A stretch of 64,000 nt of DNA from an uncultured bacterium (GTDB taxonomy: Bacteria; Methylomirabilota; Methylomirabilia; Methylomirabilales; 2-02-FULL-66-22), in contig CAZNWB010000004.1 in the NCBI GenBank assembly GCA_964576535.1, positions 10,597 through 74,596 of the forward strand, read 5' to 3'. The notes under the pieces are model-generated. The model had not been told where the DNA came from, ran no database searches, and saw only the letters and a program-made list of their open reading frames with translations. Within the stretch, counting starts at the first letter, position 1. Every line of letters begins with the position of its first letter. Position numbers and translations under genes: made by a program. Positions 63,303 through 64,000 of the stretch are shown here, piece after piece.

Positions 63303-64000
63303 TTAAGGCAGGACCCGACGGCCGAAGGCAGCCATGGCTTCATCCAAAAGCTCCCCGGGGCAGTCACGGTACTTGGGCGAGAAGTGGAAGATAGCCAGGC
63401 GGCGCGCCTTCGCCTCGGCCGCCAGGCAACCAGCCTGGGCGGCCGTCAGGTGAAAGCGGGCCGCGGCGCGCTGGCGATCCCGCTCGGGGTACGCGGCCTC
63501 GCAGAAGAACAGGTCGGCGCCCCAGGCCAACTTGACGATCCTCTCGGCATTCTCAGGCGAGTGGACCACATCCGTGACGTATGCCAGCTTCTGGCCGGGG
63601 GTCGCCCGCACTACGGATCGTCGCAGATCTCCCAGAGGCAGATGCCGCTCGACCCGTTGCCCTGCTTCCGACCACGCGATGTGGACCGGATGGTCGTCCG
63701 TCTCCCCCGCGCGAATCGCCCGCTTCAGATCCATGAGCCAGGGTCCCACCGGCAGCCCCAGGCCCTCGAGCGCCGCCTTGTCCACGTTCAAGCGGACCGC
63801 CTCCTCCAAGGCAAAGCCAAGGCATGGGATCCGGTGATCCAGATGGACCGCCCGAACCCGAAACTGGGGCTCCTCCAGGAGCACACCGTCAAAGGGATGC
63901 GGGGTCGGGTCGTCGCGGCGGACAAACCCCTCCGGGCAGGCGAAGCGGGCCTTGACGATCCGGTCGGCGTGGACCTCGTGAACCTCGAGCAGCAGGCTGT
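63303..64000 (-). CDS. MBL-fold metallo-hydrolase (RNase Z/BN-like); 5' end outside window
   Basis: The frame stays open to nt 64000. ...AYVTDVVHSPEN...LFFCEAAY...HLTAAQAG...AKARRLAIFHFSPKY. Confidence 0.7.
   Translation of the reverse strand, partial: SLLLEVHEVHADRIVKARFACPEGFVRRDDPTPHPFDGVLLEEPQFRVRAVHLDHRIPCLGFALEEAVRLNVDKAALEGLGLPVGPWLMDLKRAIRAGETDDHPVHIAWSEAGQRVERHLPLGDLRRSVVRATPGQKLAYVTDVVHSPENAERIVKLAWGADLFFCEAAYPERDRQRAAARFHLTAAQAGCLAAEAKARRLAIFHFSPKYRDCPGELLDEAMAAFGRRVLP

Overview
High-GC (roughly 65%) bacterial chromosomal segment with no rRNA gene, so lineage cannot be fixed from this window. All calls rest on reading the supplied ORF translations, motif recognition from memory and manual inspection of the DNA; no searches were run. 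Hand-derived coordinates (tRNAs, repeats, promoters, re-chosen starts) may be off by 1-2 nt.

Layout:
- **1-11.3 kb:** right-hand part of an integrated phage-derived element. It carries a DnaB-like helicase, AlpA-like HTH, large terminase, HK97-type prohead protease, many small Zn-ribbon, membrane and secreted cargo ORFs, XRE plus a RusA-like gene, and a tyrosine integrase. It abuts the 5' side of tRNA-Pro(GGG).
- **11.4-33.5 kb:** mostly core genes (surE-pcm, acyP, apt, 4 further tRNAs, PilZ, OCD-like, MurU-like plus AmgK-like/RapZ-C fusion, rlmN, mltG, ruvX, endoIII-like, ThrC fusion). Interspersed are a toxin-antitoxin islet at tRNA-fMet and a 5-gene SPFH/Zn-ribbon membrane operon.
- **33.9-49.2 kb:** a ~15.3-kb island of lower and patchy GC, bracketed by direct repeats of the 3' end of an SDR gene. 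It encodes a battery of signal-peptide proteins (M48 protease, two GxSxG hydrolases, a papain-like protein, large unknowns) and three tandem double-DUF3592-like membrane proteins.
- **49.2-64 kb:** metabolic genes (SDR, CoA-transferase, class-III aminotransferase, sugar ABC transporter, 2-oxoacid dehydrogenase E1a/E1b/E2, moaA, an isolated nuoB-nuoI pair, MerR regulator, MBL hydrolase).

The most unusual sequence-level signal is a family of about 10 short intergenic spacers built from tandem 8-nt units in strict register that form core-complementary hairpin arms. Different core words are used at different loci.
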